This document shows positions 1-10,427 of a DNA stretch of 64,000 bases, one piece after another. The notes under the pieces were generated by a model. It did no database searches. It was not told where the DNA came from and saw only the letters and a list, made by a program, of their open reading frames with translations. The stretch lies in IMG/VR virus record IMGVR_UViG_3300046463_000164. One strand, given 5' to 3'. The translations under genes were made by a program, and so were the position numbers. Position 1 is the first letter of the stretch; every line of letters begins with the position of its first letter. The stretch is from a virus.

Positions 1-1
1 T

Positions 2-277
2 ACAGCCTATACGGTTCCAGCGAGCACGACAGCTACAGTTATTGGATTCAGCATTGCTAATAATAGCCCCACGGCTGTAATTTCGGTTAATGTACAGTTG
101 AAACGCGGCGCTACTTCTTACAACTGGGTGCCGCCAGGCGCTAATATTCCGGTGGGCGGTTCTCTTCAGGTAGTTGGACAAGAAGGTAAAATGGTTCTAG
201 CTGCGGGTGACTTGCTAACGGTCACTCCTGTTGGTGGAACTGTAGATACTATCGTTTCTGTATTGGAGCAATCTTAA
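2..277 (+). CDS. Partial (5'-truncated) virion structural/tail-associated protein
   Basis: Open frame from the window start, TAYTVPASTTATVIGFSIANN...VSVLEQS*, stop TAA 275-277, directly before the fibre genes. Confidence 0.7.
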   Translation, partial: TAYTVPASTTATVIGFSIANNSPTAVISVNVQLKRGATSYNWVPPGANIPVGGSLQVVGQEGKMVLAAGDLLTVTPVGGTVDTIVSVLEQS

Positions 278-278
278 T

Positions 279-1379
279 ATGAGCTTTCTCGGTAATGGCG
301 TAGGACGCCAAATGATTATGCCGGGCCAAATCTCTCCCGGTGCAGTAGGATATCCTCAGTTGGATACCACGGTATCAACGCCTCTGGTGGGACGTAATCG
401 CATCATCAATGGCGATATGAGAGTTGCTCAAAGAAGCTCAGCGGCATTTGCTTCAGGCGCCAACGGATATGCCGGACCCGATCGGTGGTTTGTGGGCAAT
501 ACTGGAACCGGAGGAACTATTCAGCAACAAGTAGGGGCATTCACCATTAATGGTGTATCAACTAGTGATTGTGCCCAAATTGCTACCGTAGCCTCAACAA
601 ATATGACTGGCGGCAATTATATCTCTGGTATTACTCAAGTTATTGAGGGATATAATTGTTTTGATCTATTGGGACAGAATGTTACAGTATCCTTTTGGTT
701 TTATGCTACTGCGACAGGACAATATTCTGTTACACTAAGAGATTATACTGCTACGAAATCTTGCGTAATTCCTTTTACATATAATGTAGCAAATACCGGT
801 CAGTATGTTTCAGTGACATTTCCTGCCCTACCAACTAGCATGGTTGTACCGAATTCAAGTGCTGGAGGACTTTGGTTGAACATTGGATCGTTGAATAACG
901 GTACATACCAGACCTCTAATACAGGAACATGGCTATCGGGTAACTATTTTTCAGCAACAGGCAATGCGAATTGGCCTGGTACTATCAATGCTATTATTGC
1001 CGCGACTAATGTTCAATTGGAAGCTGGGAGCGTCGCAACGCCGTTCGAAAGACGCAGCATTGCTCAGGAATTGGCTTTGTGTCAGAGATATTACTGGGCA
1101 GCTACGATCCAAGTTGTCGGGACCATGATTTGTAATGGATCAGGCAACGCAAGCACCGGGTATCTACCATTCCCAGTACAAATGAGAGTGGCACCATCCG
1201 TGGGGTATGCAAGTGGTTCCTTCACGGTTCAACCGGGAGGCGCTTCTGTTACAGGTTACACATTAAGTTCTAATACCAACGGGTTTATTCTATCGCTTAC
1301 AACTGCTGGCGGTCTAACCATAGGCAGTGCATATCAGATGGTTGGTGGAAATGGACTTAGTGCGTCTGCTGAGCTATAA
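279..1379 (+). CDS. Tail fibre/receptor-binding protein, paralog 1
   Basis: RNRIINGDMRVAQR ... QLEAGSVATPFERRSIAQELALCQRYY ... SAEL motifs typical of phage fibre carbohydrate-binding-like modules; G/S/T-rich. Confidence 0.75.
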   Translation: MSFLGNGVGRQMIMPGQISPGAVGYPQLDTTVSTPLVGRNRIINGDMRVAQRSSAAFASGANGYAGPDRWFVGNTGTGGTIQQQVGAFTINGVSTSDCAQIATVASTNMTGGNYISGITQVIEGYNCFDLLGQNVTVSFWFYATATGQYSVTLRDYTATKSCVIPFTYNVANTGQYVSVTFPALPTSMVVPNSSAGGLWLNIGSLNNGTYQTSNTGTWLSGNYFSATGNANWPGTINAIIAATNVQLEAGSVATPFERRSIAQELALCQRYYWAATIQVVGTMICNGSGNASTGYLPFPVQMRVAPSVGYASGSFTVQPGGASVTGYTLSSNTNGFILSLTTAGGLTIGSAYQMVGGNGLSASAEL

Positions 1380-1395
1380 AGAATAAGGATCAATT

Positions 1396-2640
1396 ATGTC
1401 AATTCTAGGAAATGCGCCTAACCTATCAACTATGCGAACGCTGGTTGAAGGTCAGGCATATAATAATCAAACTGAAATTCCTGTGCCGGGCGGATTTAAC
1501 TCTGGTATGCTTGACGTTGTAGTTGGTGGTGCCGATCTAGGTATGGCAGACTACGATGATAGTAACGGAATGAGTGTGAAGCTTAAAGTGCCTATGTCTT
1601 CGGGCACTCAGTTCAAGATCGTTGCTTGGACACCAAACCAAACTGTTGTGCATGCTGGCGGACAACTTGCTGGATTCCGTAACCGTATCATCAATGGTGA
1701 TTGTCGTATTGTTCAAAGGGTATCTGCAGCAGTTACAACCGCAGTTGGTGGAATTTATGGCGGTCCTGACCGTTGGCTCACTGCCAACACCGCAGGCGGA
1801 CAATATACGCAAGCCGCAGGAACGATTGCCTTTGGTGGAATCAACAGACCAGCAATCGTTCAAACAGTAAATACTGCAGCAACTACCGCAAACTTGACTA
1901 ATACATATTGGTATGGTATCTGTCAACGAATTGAGGGATATAACGCTTTTGATATGCTAGGTCAAACCGTCACGTTGTCGTTTATCTTCCTATCAAACGT
2001 TTCGGGAACTTTTAGTGCTTGTGTGAGGGATGGGGCTTTTGCACTTACTTGCGTCCAAACATTTACTGCGGTCGCTAACGTAGCTCAGAAGGTATCGCTT
2101 GTATTCAATATTCCATCAAACGCCAGCATTCCAGCCAACAATACTATGGGATTTGATATTTCCATCGGTACGCTAAGTTTCGGTGGTACGTGGTCAACTT
2201 CCACCCTCAACACTTGGATGTCAGGTGTTGCTAATGGATATTCAGGATCTACTAACTGGGCAGCAACAGTTGGCAACTTTATTGCAATTACAGACGTACA
2301 ATTTGAATTGGGCGCTATCGCTACCGACTTTGAGCGTAGGTCTTTGGATACAGAATATAACTTATGTAAAAGATACTTCCAAAGAGTAAAGATTGATATT
2401 GAATCTTATCAGGCAGCCAGTCAAAATGCCATCTGGACTATCAACTATCCGGTTACTATGAGAGCTGCGCCGACTCAAACGTTATGGCAAGGCATGTCGC
2501 CATCATATGGTGGGGCTATTGCAACTCCCCCAACATTCAATATGACAGCATATTCTATCGGATGTACTGCTCCTATGACCGCTACTGGCGGCACCTGGTT
2601 TGCTGTGGGATACGATGTGGCTCTCAGCGCTGAACTATAA
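1396..2640 (+). CDS. Tail fibre/receptor-binding protein, paralog 2
   Basis: Same RNRIINGD...ELGAIATDFERRS...CKRYF...SAEL architecture with an extra N-terminal domain. Confidence 0.75.
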   Translation: MSILGNAPNLSTMRTLVEGQAYNNQTEIPVPGGFNSGMLDVVVGGADLGMADYDDSNGMSVKLKVPMSSGTQFKIVAWTPNQTVVHAGGQLAGFRNRIINGDCRIVQRVSAAVTTAVGGIYGGPDRWLTANTAGGQYTQAAGTIAFGGINRPAIVQTVNTAATTANLTNTYWYGICQRIEGYNAFDMLGQTVTLSFIFLSNVSGTFSACVRDGAFALTCVQTFTAVANVAQKVSLVFNIPSNASIPANNTMGFDISIGTLSFGGTWSTSTLNTWMSGVANGYSGSTNWAATVGNFIAITDVQFELGAIATDFERRSLDTEYNLCKRYFQRVKIDIESYQAASQNAIWTINYPVTMRAAPTQTLWQGMSPSYGGAIATPPTFNMTAYSIGCTAPMTATGGTWFAVGYDVALSAEL

Positions 2641-2649
2641 GGAAATTAA

Positions 2650-3594
2650 ATGTCAACAGCACAAAACCTGGCAAATCTTAGCCAAGTATATACGGCAGGA
2701 CCGTTGAGTCACCGTAATAGATTCATCAACGGCTGTATGAGAGTATCTCAGAGAGGCTCTGTTGCGCTACCTTCTAACGGGATAACATATTCAGCGGCAG
2801 ATAGATGGTATGTTTATACTCAATCGGCAGCAACCAACTCTTTTAATGACTGGGCTTGTCCCGTATCTCAAAACGCATTAAGAGTTCCGGGTGTCGCCGG
2901 GAACGCTAGTTTGGTTATAGGTCAAAAGATTGAGTCTGCTAATATCGCAGACTTAGCTGGGAAGCAAATTACCATCAGCGGCTGGGTGTCAACTCCCGTC
3001 ACAACAGTGCCTACGGTGGTATTATATTACCCAACCAATACCAAAGATGATTTCAGTGCAGTTACAGTTATATCAAGCTCCCCGATATTATCATCAATTA
3101 CTCCGTCAAGTTGGAATTATTTTAGTTTCACAACAACTTTACCAACACAAGTCACCAATGGTCTAAAAGTAGAGTTTGCTTTTGGTGCAATAACTTCAGG
3201 CACTGTGGCTATAGGCGGCATGCAGCTTGAAGCTGGTCCTGTGGCAACTAACTTTGAAATTAGACCCTTTGGATATGAACTAGCATTGTGTCAGCGCTAT
3301 TATCAATCAATATCAACAAGCGGAGCGGCATTCAATGGAGTTACAACTTCGTCTAATACCGCATATTCTTTTGGTGCCACTCTATTCGTTCCCATGAGAA
3401 TAGGTCCAACCTGTAGTCTAACCGGCACTTGGTCTCTAACCGCTCCGGCTGGGCCCTCAGGAACAGTATCTGTTGTCGCCCAGACCAATTGTAACTATTA
3501 TTTGCAGGCTTCAGGCGGAACATATACTGCAGGGCAAACTTGCTATTTCGGATCAACGGTTGGATCTTCGATCAATCTATCTGCAGAGCTATAA
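2650..3594 (+). CDS. Tail fibre/receptor-binding protein, paralog 3
   Basis: RNRFINGCMRVSQRG ... QLEAGPVATNFEIRPFGYELALCQRYY ... SAEL. Confidence 0.75.
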   Translation: MSTAQNLANLSQVYTAGPLSHRNRFINGCMRVSQRGSVALPSNGITYSAADRWYVYTQSAATNSFNDWACPVSQNALRVPGVAGNASLVIGQKIESANIADLAGKQITISGWVSTPVTTVPTVVLYYPTNTKDDFSAVTVISSSPILSSITPSSWNYFSFTTTLPTQVTNGLKVEFAFGAITSGTVAIGGMQLEAGPVATNFEIRPFGYELALCQRYYQSISTSGAAFNGVTTSSNTAYSFGATLFVPMRIGPTCSLTGTWSLTAPAGPSGTVSVVAQTNCNYYLQASGGTYTAGQTCYFGSTVGSSINLSAEL

Positions 3595-3627
3595 ATATAT
3601 TTTGAATATCAATTCAGGAACAAACAA

Positions 3628-4206
3628 ATGACACAACTATATCGTGAATCCAAAAGCCACATTGATGGATCACTAATCGGCATCTTCCGCACTTCTGATA
3701 ATGCGCATATCCCTTTGGATGAGGGCAATACTGACTATGCGGCTTATCTTCAATGGGTAGCTTCGGGGAATACTCCTGACGCAGACCCATTATTTTCATT
3801 GGATGCTATCAAGGATCGTAAATGGGAAGACATTAAGAATCAAAGGGATGCTCGCAAGTCTGGCGGTGTTCTAGTTGGCACGCACTGGATCCATACTGAT
3901 GATTCTAGCCGCATCCAATGGATCGGAATAAAAGATACTGCGCGCGACTTGATCGCCGCTGGCGGTAAGATGACCGATGCTATTCCCATGCAAGGTCAGA
4001 ATCTGATGTGGAAGACAATGTCTGGCGATTTCGTGCTTGTCACGATTCAACTAGCCTTTGATGCGGTGCAAGCAACTAAGGATTTGGATGCCATTCTATT
4101 TGCATCTGCTGAATCTAAGCGAGCAGCTTTGTATGCTTCGACAACTCCAGAAACATTTGACACCACAACAGGTTGGAATAAAACCTACGATGAATCTGTA
4201 GCGTAA
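3628..4206 (+). CDS. Tail fibre assembly chaperone (DUF4376-like)
   Basis: IPLDEGNTDYAAYLQWV, IKNQRDARKSGG and WKTMSGDFV motifs; follows the fibre genes. Confidence 0.7.
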   Translation: MTQLYRESKSHIDGSLIGIFRTSDNAHIPLDEGNTDYAAYLQWVASGNTPDADPLFSLDAIKDRKWEDIKNQRDARKSGGVLVGTHWIHTDDSSRIQWIGIKDTARDLIAAGGKMTDAIPMQGQNLMWKTMSGDFVLVTIQLAFDAVQATKDLDAILFASAESKRAALYASTTPETFDTTTGWNKTYDESVA

Positions 4207-4208
4207 TG

Positions 4209-4238
4209 AAAGGAGACACGATATCGTGTCTCCTTTTT
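4209..4238 (+). terminator. Rho-independent terminator
   Basis: AAAGGAGACACG-ATAT-CGTGTCTCCTTTTT hairpin followed by a T run. Confidence 0.8.
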
Positions 4239-4246
4239 GCTATCCA

Positions 4247-4253
4247 CTAAATA
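4247..4253 (+). promoter_or_regulatory. Late promoter motif CTAAATA (representative; further copies at 10396, 14283, 16816, 19724, 20675, 20883, 43756, 51817)
   Basis: Recurs in intergenic DNA ahead of virion genes; analogous to the T4 TATAAATA late promoter; gp33 co-activator is encoded in the window. Confidence 0.75.
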
Positions 4254-4296
4254 AACTATATGATTGATAACGACACCTTCCTTCAAGGAATAGGAT

Positions 4297-7200
4297 ATGC
4301 AAAAGACAAACACTAATGTTTCCCCAATCTTCGATGACTTCGATGAAACAAAGAATTACCATCGTATTCTTTTCAATGCTGGGAAGGCAGTACAAGCTCG
4401 TGAACTAACGCAGGCTCAAACCATCCTTCAGAATCAGGTTGAGAGAATTGGTAAGCACTTGTTTACTGAAGGATCGATGGTTGTTCCTGGCGGCATTAAG
4501 GCAATTGAATCTCAAGATTACGCTAAGATCACTTTGAACACCGGCTCGTCATATACCGATTTTGCTGGCGTTTCTGATCTGTTTGCTAAGTCTACAACAA
4601 GCGGAGTAGTATTCCAGGTTTCAAAAACGTTCGATGTTGACGGTACTGATCCTGTGACGCTGTTTATCGATCTGCTAACACCGGGTTCTAATCAAGAAAA
4701 GACTTTCACCATCGGTGAGACGATTCAGATTTACACTCACGCAAGCAACGGCGCTGAACAAGCACTAGCCTTGGCAACACCTACTGAGTTGGGTGAAGGC
4801 GCTTGGATCAAGGTTCAAGCGGGTATCTATTTCGTCCGTGGTATGTTCATCCGCACCGACGATCAAGACTACGTTGTGTCTAAGTACACAACCAGCCAGA
4901 CTAAGAAGGTAGGTTTCCACGTTACTGAACAAATCGTAACAGCGTCTGACGATCCATCTTTGTACTCTAACGCTAACGGCTTTCCTAATCAGAATGCTGA
5001 AGGTGCGTCGCGTCTAAAGATTACCCTAGTATTGACTGGCCTGGATATCGATGCGGTCGATCCGGACTTCATTGAAATCGCCCGTTTTGACGGCGGTTCT
5101 TTGTCGTCTCAAATCGACTACACCAGCTACTCGATCATCGAACAAGCTATTGCTCAACGCACCTACGAAACCAGCGGCGATTACATCGTGTCTGATTTCG
5201 GTATGGATATCAAGGAACATTTGAAGACCGGTACCAACGGTGGCGTGTATGATGCAGCTAGTGGTGGCGATGCAACGAAGCTAGTGGCGGCTATGAAGCC
5301 AGGAGTTGGATACGTTAAGGGTTATCGTGTAGAGAACATCGGCATTCAAAATGTTCCCTTCGACAAGGCTCGTGATACTGCATTCTTGAACAACGCGGCT
5401 TACACAGCTGACTACGGTCAATATATTCTATTGACAAACGTTAAGTCTTTGCCGGATATCGACATTAAGAAGCAAATTCTGCTTCTGGATTCTACGTCTG
5501 CTCAGATTGGTACTGCTCGTGTTCGTGCGATGCGTTTGGATGGTTCATACTACCGTCTATACATTTTCGATCTGAACTTCAACTCGGGTAAGGGCGTGTC
5601 CGACGCGACGAAAGTGAAATACACTGATTCGTCTAGTTTGTTCACTGCTGATATTGTACTACCTGCTACGATGTACAACACTGGATCAAGCACGTTGCTA
5701 TTCAAGCTACCTGTTCCGGCTATCAAGTCGTTGTTCCAGACTGGTGTTGGTGGAGATACGTCTTACACGGTTTTGCGTACATTCAACTTGACGACAGACT
5801 CTAATGGTAACGTTTCGGCTTCTGCCAACGCCAACGAGTTCTTCGGTCCGGTCGATAACATCAGCTACATGATCGGTTTGACCGGTGTGGCTAACGTTGG
5901 TACTCTGTTTAATCCTTTGACGTGCGTCACCCTCAGCGGAACTATTGCTGGGACTACGATGACGGTGGCTCTAGGCGCAGGAAATGCTAACAAGGCGATC
6001 AAGGTTATTGCTCCGATTCTGAAGAATCAGACTACGCAAAAGACCAAGACTTTGTTGACTGTGACGGATGAAGTTATCAGCTTCCCTGGCACTAACCAAC
6101 AAGCTATGTCTAAGGCGGATATCTACAAGATCATTTCGGTCACGGATAGCACGACCGGCGCTGATTTGACTTCTCAATTCAGCTATGATAACGGTCAACG
6201 CGATAACTGGTATCAGAACGGTAAGTTGATCCGAGTAGATGGACAGTTGGTGATTCAAAGTGTCAAGGTAACGTATCAGTACTTTGCTCATTCTGCTGGC
6301 GATTACTTCTCGATTGACTCATATGTGGGTCTAACTCGTGATGGTATTCCTACGTACAACAACAGCAATCTGGGCGACTTCATCGATTTCCGTCCTTTGA
6401 AAGACGCCAGCGGCAACTTTACATCTTCTACGGTGTACGGTGAAATCATCAAGCCGGGTGACACTATCAGAGCGGACATCACGTATTACTTGCCGCGTGC
6501 TGACCTTATTGTCGTAAACTCTAAGGGTGAGTTCAAGAACGTGCGTGGAATTCCTAGCTTGAAGGCTACGGTTCCTGATACTCCGGCAGATGCTATGAAG
6601 TTGTATGAGTTGTATTTGAACGCATATACTTCTACAACGGCTGACGTATCCATCAAGTCTGTGGACAACCGCAGATATACGATGCGTGATATCGGTAAGC
6701 TTGAGAATCGTATTGCTAACGTTGAGTACTACACCACTCTATCTGCGCTAGAATCAAAAGCTAACAAGGTAGAGGTACTAGACCCGACTACAGGTAACAA
6801 CCGCTTTAAGAACGGTTTCGCAGTAGATGGCTTCACAGACTTTAGTTTGGCGGACGTTAATGCTACCGACTGGTCTGCGTCTTTGGATTTGAATGTAGGA
6901 CAGCTGAACCCGGCTTTCGCTGAGAACGGCGTTGATATGGCAATGAGTTCGTTGTCTGCGGCAACTAAGCGCACGACCGTCTTTATGCCTGCATATACCG
7001 AAGTTGCTGCGGTTTCTCAACCGTATGCCACGACGACTATTAACATCAACCCTTATGCAGTATATGGTTGGATCGGTTCTATCAATCTAACTCCTGATCG
7101 TGATTACTGGACTGACGTATATTACAACCAGCCTATCATCATCAACAACACGATTGATTACACCGGCGGTCAGCCTCAAGGAACCTTCTGGGGTTCTTGG

Positions 7201-9105
7201 ATCAAGACTACCCGCGATATGTTGGGTGGACACAAGGCTTGGGCTTCGTCTCAGTATGTGCAGTATCAATATCAGTATCAAACAACGGTATATACTCAAG
7301 ACTTCAGTTCTCAAACTGATAACTTGGTGTCTACGTCGATCATTCCGTTTATGCGTTCGATTCCTATTACCATCAAGGGTACTGGTTTCCGTCCGTTCAC
7401 GCGTTTGTATCCGTTCTTTGATAACGTCAACATTACGGTTGACTGCAGACCTACCGCTGGTAACTTTGGTGATGCTCTGTATACTGATGCTAACGGTACG
7501 TTGAATGCGATCTTCCAGGTGCCTTGCCGCGCTGATCGTAGATTTGCGGTGGGAACTTCGGTATTGGTTTTGACTGATGATCCTTCTAACACCAACGATC
7601 CTAACGTGATGACTACTTATGGCTCGACAACCTTCAGCTCAGGCGGTATTGCTGAAACACGTCAGGTCACGGTTACGAACACTAAGGTATTGACGGCCTC
7701 TACGGTTGCCGTTCAGACTGGCGGAGTTCAGTATATTGACCCAATTGCACAAACGTTCATTATGCCTTCTAAGGGCGGTTCGTATGCAACCAAAATCAAT
7801 ATCTACTTTGCTACTAAGTCAACGACTGTTCCGGTTACGTTGCAGTTGAGAACGGCTAACTCAGGTCTGCCTACCTCGACAGTTCTTGCTCAGGTTACGT
7901 TGTTGCCTAGCCAAGTTAATACGTCTGCCAACGGTACGGTTCCGACATCGTTTGTGTTTAATGATCCTGTGTATTTGTTGGAAGGTTCTGAATATGCTAT
8001 CGTGCTGACAGCTGACACTCAATCCTATAACGTGTATATTGCACGCCAAGGACAGAATGTTATCGGTTCCGCTATGGCGTTGTCTAAACAAGCCTACACT
8101 GGCGTGTTCTTGACATCTTCGAATAGCTCTACATGGAATCCTGATCAGACAGCTGACTTGAAGTTTGATATCTACCGCGCATCGTTCTCTACAAGCACCC
8201 CTGGTATTGTAGTGTTCGACAACGTAGCTCAAATGAATGTTCCGCTGGCTTTCAACGCAGTCACGACCACGAGCGGTTCTAATAACCTAGTTGTTACTTC
8301 CAAGTCTCACGGTTTGCTAGCAGGCGATAAGGTTACGTTGTATGGGTTTGTAACAGGCAACAACATCAACGCTTCTCAGATCAACGGTGTTCAGTTCACA
8401 GTGTTGGCTTCTGATGTGGATACGTTCACAATTCAGGCTCCTACTGCGGCTAATGCTACTGGTTCGGTTGGTGGAAGCGCTATGACGGCTTCGGTTAATT
8501 CTCCGTTTAACGTGTTCAGCGGTAACGTTGATTCGTTTGTTCCAGATGGTTCTACGTTGTCTTGGGAGTATCAGTACACTTCTCAAACAACGCGAGTTAA
8601 GTCTGGCTGGATCAAGTTTAATCCGGGCGATAACAACACGTTGCCTTCTGAAGCAGTAGTCAGAGGCGCAGGAGACTTCCAATACAGAGCTACGATGACT
8701 ACTACGGTAGATAATCTTGCTCCTAGTATTGAAGCCTCTGGTATCAACGGTATCCTGATTAGCTTGCGGGTTGATGCTACGAAGAAGATTTTCAACTATG
8801 TAACAACGAACATCTTGTTCAACAACCCAACTACGCACTCTAGGTTCTACATTGGCGCTAAGTTGCCGGGTTCTTCGGTAATGAATGTATACATCAAGCA
8901 GATCACTTCTGCGGATCAAGATGTTGCGGCGACAGCGTGGACTCAGTTGACTCCGACTACGCCTGTAACCAACAGCGAGAACTTTGTTGAGTATGAGTAT
9001 GATTATGATGCCAACCTAGTTGGATATAAGGTTAAGGTGGAATTGCTAGGCAGTAACGTCAACCCGCCTCTGTTGTCTGATATCAGAACTATCTCTTTTG
9101 CGTAA
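4297..9105 (+). CDS. Large virion structural protein, VrlC/DUF4815 type
   Basis: N-terminus NVSPIFDDFDETKNYHRILFNAGKAVQARELTQAQTILQNQ and internal NRRYTMRDIGKLENRI, RFKNGFAVDGF, DPIAQTF motifs. Confidence 0.85.
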   Translation: MQKTNTNVSPIFDDFDETKNYHRILFNAGKAVQARELTQAQTILQNQVERIGKHLFTEGSMVVPGGIKAIESQDYAKITLNTGSSYTDFAGVSDLFAKSTTSGVVFQVSKTFDVDGTDPVTLFIDLLTPGSNQEKTFTIGETIQIYTHASNGAEQALALATPTELGEGAWIKVQAGIYFVRGMFIRTDDQDYVVSKYTTSQTKKVGFHVTEQIVTASDDPSLYSNANGFPNQNAEGASRLKITLVLTGLDIDAVDPDFIEIARFDGGSLSSQIDYTSYSIIEQAIAQRTYETSGDYIVSDFGMDIKEHLKTGTNGGVYDAASGGDATKLVAAMKPGVGYVKGYRVENIGIQNVPFDKARDTAFLNNAAYTADYGQYILLTNVKSLPDIDIKKQILLLDSTSAQIGTARVRAMRLDGSYYRLYIFDLNFNSGKGVSDATKVKYTDSSSLFTADIVLPATMYNTGSSTLLFKLPVPAIKSLFQTGVGGDTSYTVLRTFNLTTDSNGNVSASANANEFFGPVDNISYMIGLTGVANVGTLFNPLTCVTLSGTIAGTTMTVALGAGNANKAIKVIAPILKNQTTQKTKTLLTVTDEVISFPGTNQQAMSKADIYKIISVTDSTTGADLTSQFSYDNGQRDNWYQNGKLIRVDGQLVIQSVKVTYQYFAHSAGDYFSIDSYVGLTRDGIPTYNNSNLGDFIDFRPLKDASGNFTSSTVYGEIIKPGDTIRADITYYLPRADLIVVNSKGEFKNVRGIPSLKATVPDTPADAMKLYELYLNAYTSTTADVSIKSVDNRRYTMRDIGKLENRIANVEYYTTLSALESKANKVEVLDPTTGNNRFKNGFAVDGFTDFSLADVNATDWSASLDLNVGQLNPAFAENGVDMAMSSLSAATKRTTVFMPAYTEVAAVSQPYATTTININPYAVYGWIGSINLTPDRDYWTDVYYNQPIIINNTIDYTGGQPQGTFWGSWIKTTRDMLGGHKAWASSQYVQYQYQYQTTVYTQDFSSQTDNLVSTSIIPFMRSIPITIKGTGFRPFTRLYPFFDNVNITVDCRPTAGNFGDALYTDANGTLNAIFQVPCRADRRFAVGTSVLVLTDDPSNTNDPNVMTTYGSTTFSSGGIAETRQVTVTNTKVLTASTVAVQTGGVQYIDPIAQTFIMPSKGGSYATKINIYFATKSTTVPVTLQLRTANSGLPTSTVLAQVTLLPSQVNTSANGTVPTSFVFNDPVYLLEGSEYAIVLTADTQSYNVYIARQGQNVIGSAMALSKQAYTGVFLTSSNSSTWNPDQTADLKFDIYRASFSTSTPGIVVFDNVAQMNVPLAFNAVTTTSGSNNLVVTSKSHGLLAGDKVTLYGFVTGNNINASQINGVQFTVLASDVDTFTIQAPTAANATGSVGGSAMTASVNSPFNVFSGNVDSFVPDGSTLSWEYQYTSQTTRVKSGWIKFNPGDNNTLPSEAVVRGAGDFQYRATMTTTVDNLAPSIEASGINGILISLRVDATKKIFNYVTTNILFNNPTTHSRFYIGAKLPGSSVMNVYIKQITSADQDVAATAWTQLTPTTPVTNSENFVEYEYDYDANLVGYKVKVELLGSNVNPPLLSDIRTISFA

Positions 9106-9168
9106 AACTTAAATAAGAAAGAAGGGACTGAGAGCAATCTCAGTCCCTATTTCCATAGGAGAATTGAA

Positions 9169-9375
9169 ATGATTAGAGTGCAGGATGAGCCTGATCTGGT
9201 TAGAGCCCCTGACGGCACTATTCAGAATATCAATCAAACAGAATATCAAGCCTACATCGCCAGGCGAAAGAGCGTGATGGAAACAAAGAACAGATTAGAT
9301 AACCTGGAAAAGGATATGTCGGGAATCAAAGATTCTCTTGCTACAATTCTCCAGCTTTTGACAGAAAGGAAGTAA
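9169..9375 (+). CDS. Small coiled-coil hypothetical virion protein
   Basis: AGGAG RBS; 68 aa; lies between the VrlC-like gene and gp13. Confidence 0.7.
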   Translation: MIRVQDEPDLVRAPDGTIQNINQTEYQAYIARRKSVMETKNRLDNLEKDMSGIKDSLATILQLLTERK

Positions 9376-9376
9376 T

Positions 9377-10147
9377 ATGAAACGCGTTCAGAGTAGGGCA
9401 GAACTAAAGCATAAGATTCTATTGGGTCTAGGCCACCCATATATCCGTGTTGATCTTTCGGATGAACATATTGATATGGCGATAGATACATCGCTACGTC
9501 ATTTCTTCAAGTATAGTCCTTATGGCTCATTTGAGAACCATTATCTTTATACAATCACAGATCAAGATGTCACCAACGGCTATATTCCGATGCCTCGTAA
9601 TATCGACGCTGTGGTGGAAGTTATTCAAGCTGGTAATACGCTGAGCGATCTATCGTTTGCTACCGCTGAATATCAAATGACGCGCGAAACGTTTATGGCC
9701 GGCATGCGATTCAACAACGTATCTCTAGTGGATTTCGTTACGTTGAGACAGCGCCTAGAGAATACCATGAACATCATTCAAGCTCCATTTGGGTTTGAAT
9801 TCGTTAGATATCAACGTAGATTGATTCCTACATTCACTCTGGTGTCTGGCGGAACTATCGCGTTGAGAGTGTATGAGAACGTTGATCCTGAAGCGGCTGA
9901 CGTGGGTGTTGATCCATCTTTGGTATTGCCTGCTGCCGATCTTTGGGACGATGAGCTTTTGCTATCCTTGTCTACGGCTCAGTGTAAGATGATCTGGGGT
10001 AATATCCTGAAGAAGTTCGGTCAGGTTGTTCTACCAGGCGGGGTTACGCTTGACGGGCAGAAGATGTATGAGGAAGGCAAGTCAGAGTTTGACGGAGCTA
10101 CGAGAGAAATGCTTAACTCAAGTCCTATGGACTTCTTCATGGGGTAA
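9377..10147 (+). CDS. gp13: Neck protein gp13
   Basis: LKHKILLGLGHPYIRVDL, WGNILKKFGQVVLPGGVTLDG, C-terminal PMDFFMG. Confidence 0.9.
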   Translation: MKRVQSRAELKHKILLGLGHPYIRVDLSDEHIDMAIDTSLRHFFKYSPYGSFENHYLYTITDQDVTNGYIPMPRNIDAVVEVIQAGNTLSDLSFATAEYQMTRETFMAGMRFNNVSLVDFVTLRQRLENTMNIIQAPFGFEFVRYQRRLIPTFTLVSGGTIALRVYENVDPEAADVGVDPSLVLPAADLWDDELLLSLSTAQCKMIWGNILKKFGQVVLPGGVTLDGQKMYEEGKSEFDGATREMLNSSPMDFFMG

Positions 10148-10150
10148 TGT

Positions 10151-10399
10151 ATGAGCTATCGTTCAATCTATTCAGGTCAACAAATTGACCTGATTCTAGC
10201 TTCGATTAAGAATAAGTTGGATAACTCTGGAACCTATACTGTGTTGGGGCTACCCGCTTCGGCCACAGAAGGTACATTTGCCTTTGCTAGCAACGGGCGT
10301 AAATCTGGAGAAACCGCAGGAAATGGTACTGGCGTGCCAGTCTACTTCAGCAATGGGGCTTGGCGGGTATTCTCAACTGATGCCGCAGTGATGGCCTAA
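10151..10399 (+). CDS. Small fibre-like protein between gp13 and gp14
   Basis: 82 aa; LPASA..FASNGRKSGETAGNGTGVPVYFSNGAWR resembles a fibre tip domain. Confidence 0.6.
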   Translation: MSYRSIYSGQQIDLILASIKNKLDNSGTYTVLGLPASATEGTFAFASNGRKSGETAGNGTGVPVYFSNGAWRVFSTDAAVMA

Positions 10400-10427
10400 A
10401 TAAGTAATATATATTTGGAGGTTCAGC

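Noticed and set aside
279-3594. Diversity-generating retroelement or shufflon acting on the fibre genes
   Set aside because: No reverse transcriptase, invertase or near-identical template/variable repeat pair seen in the window
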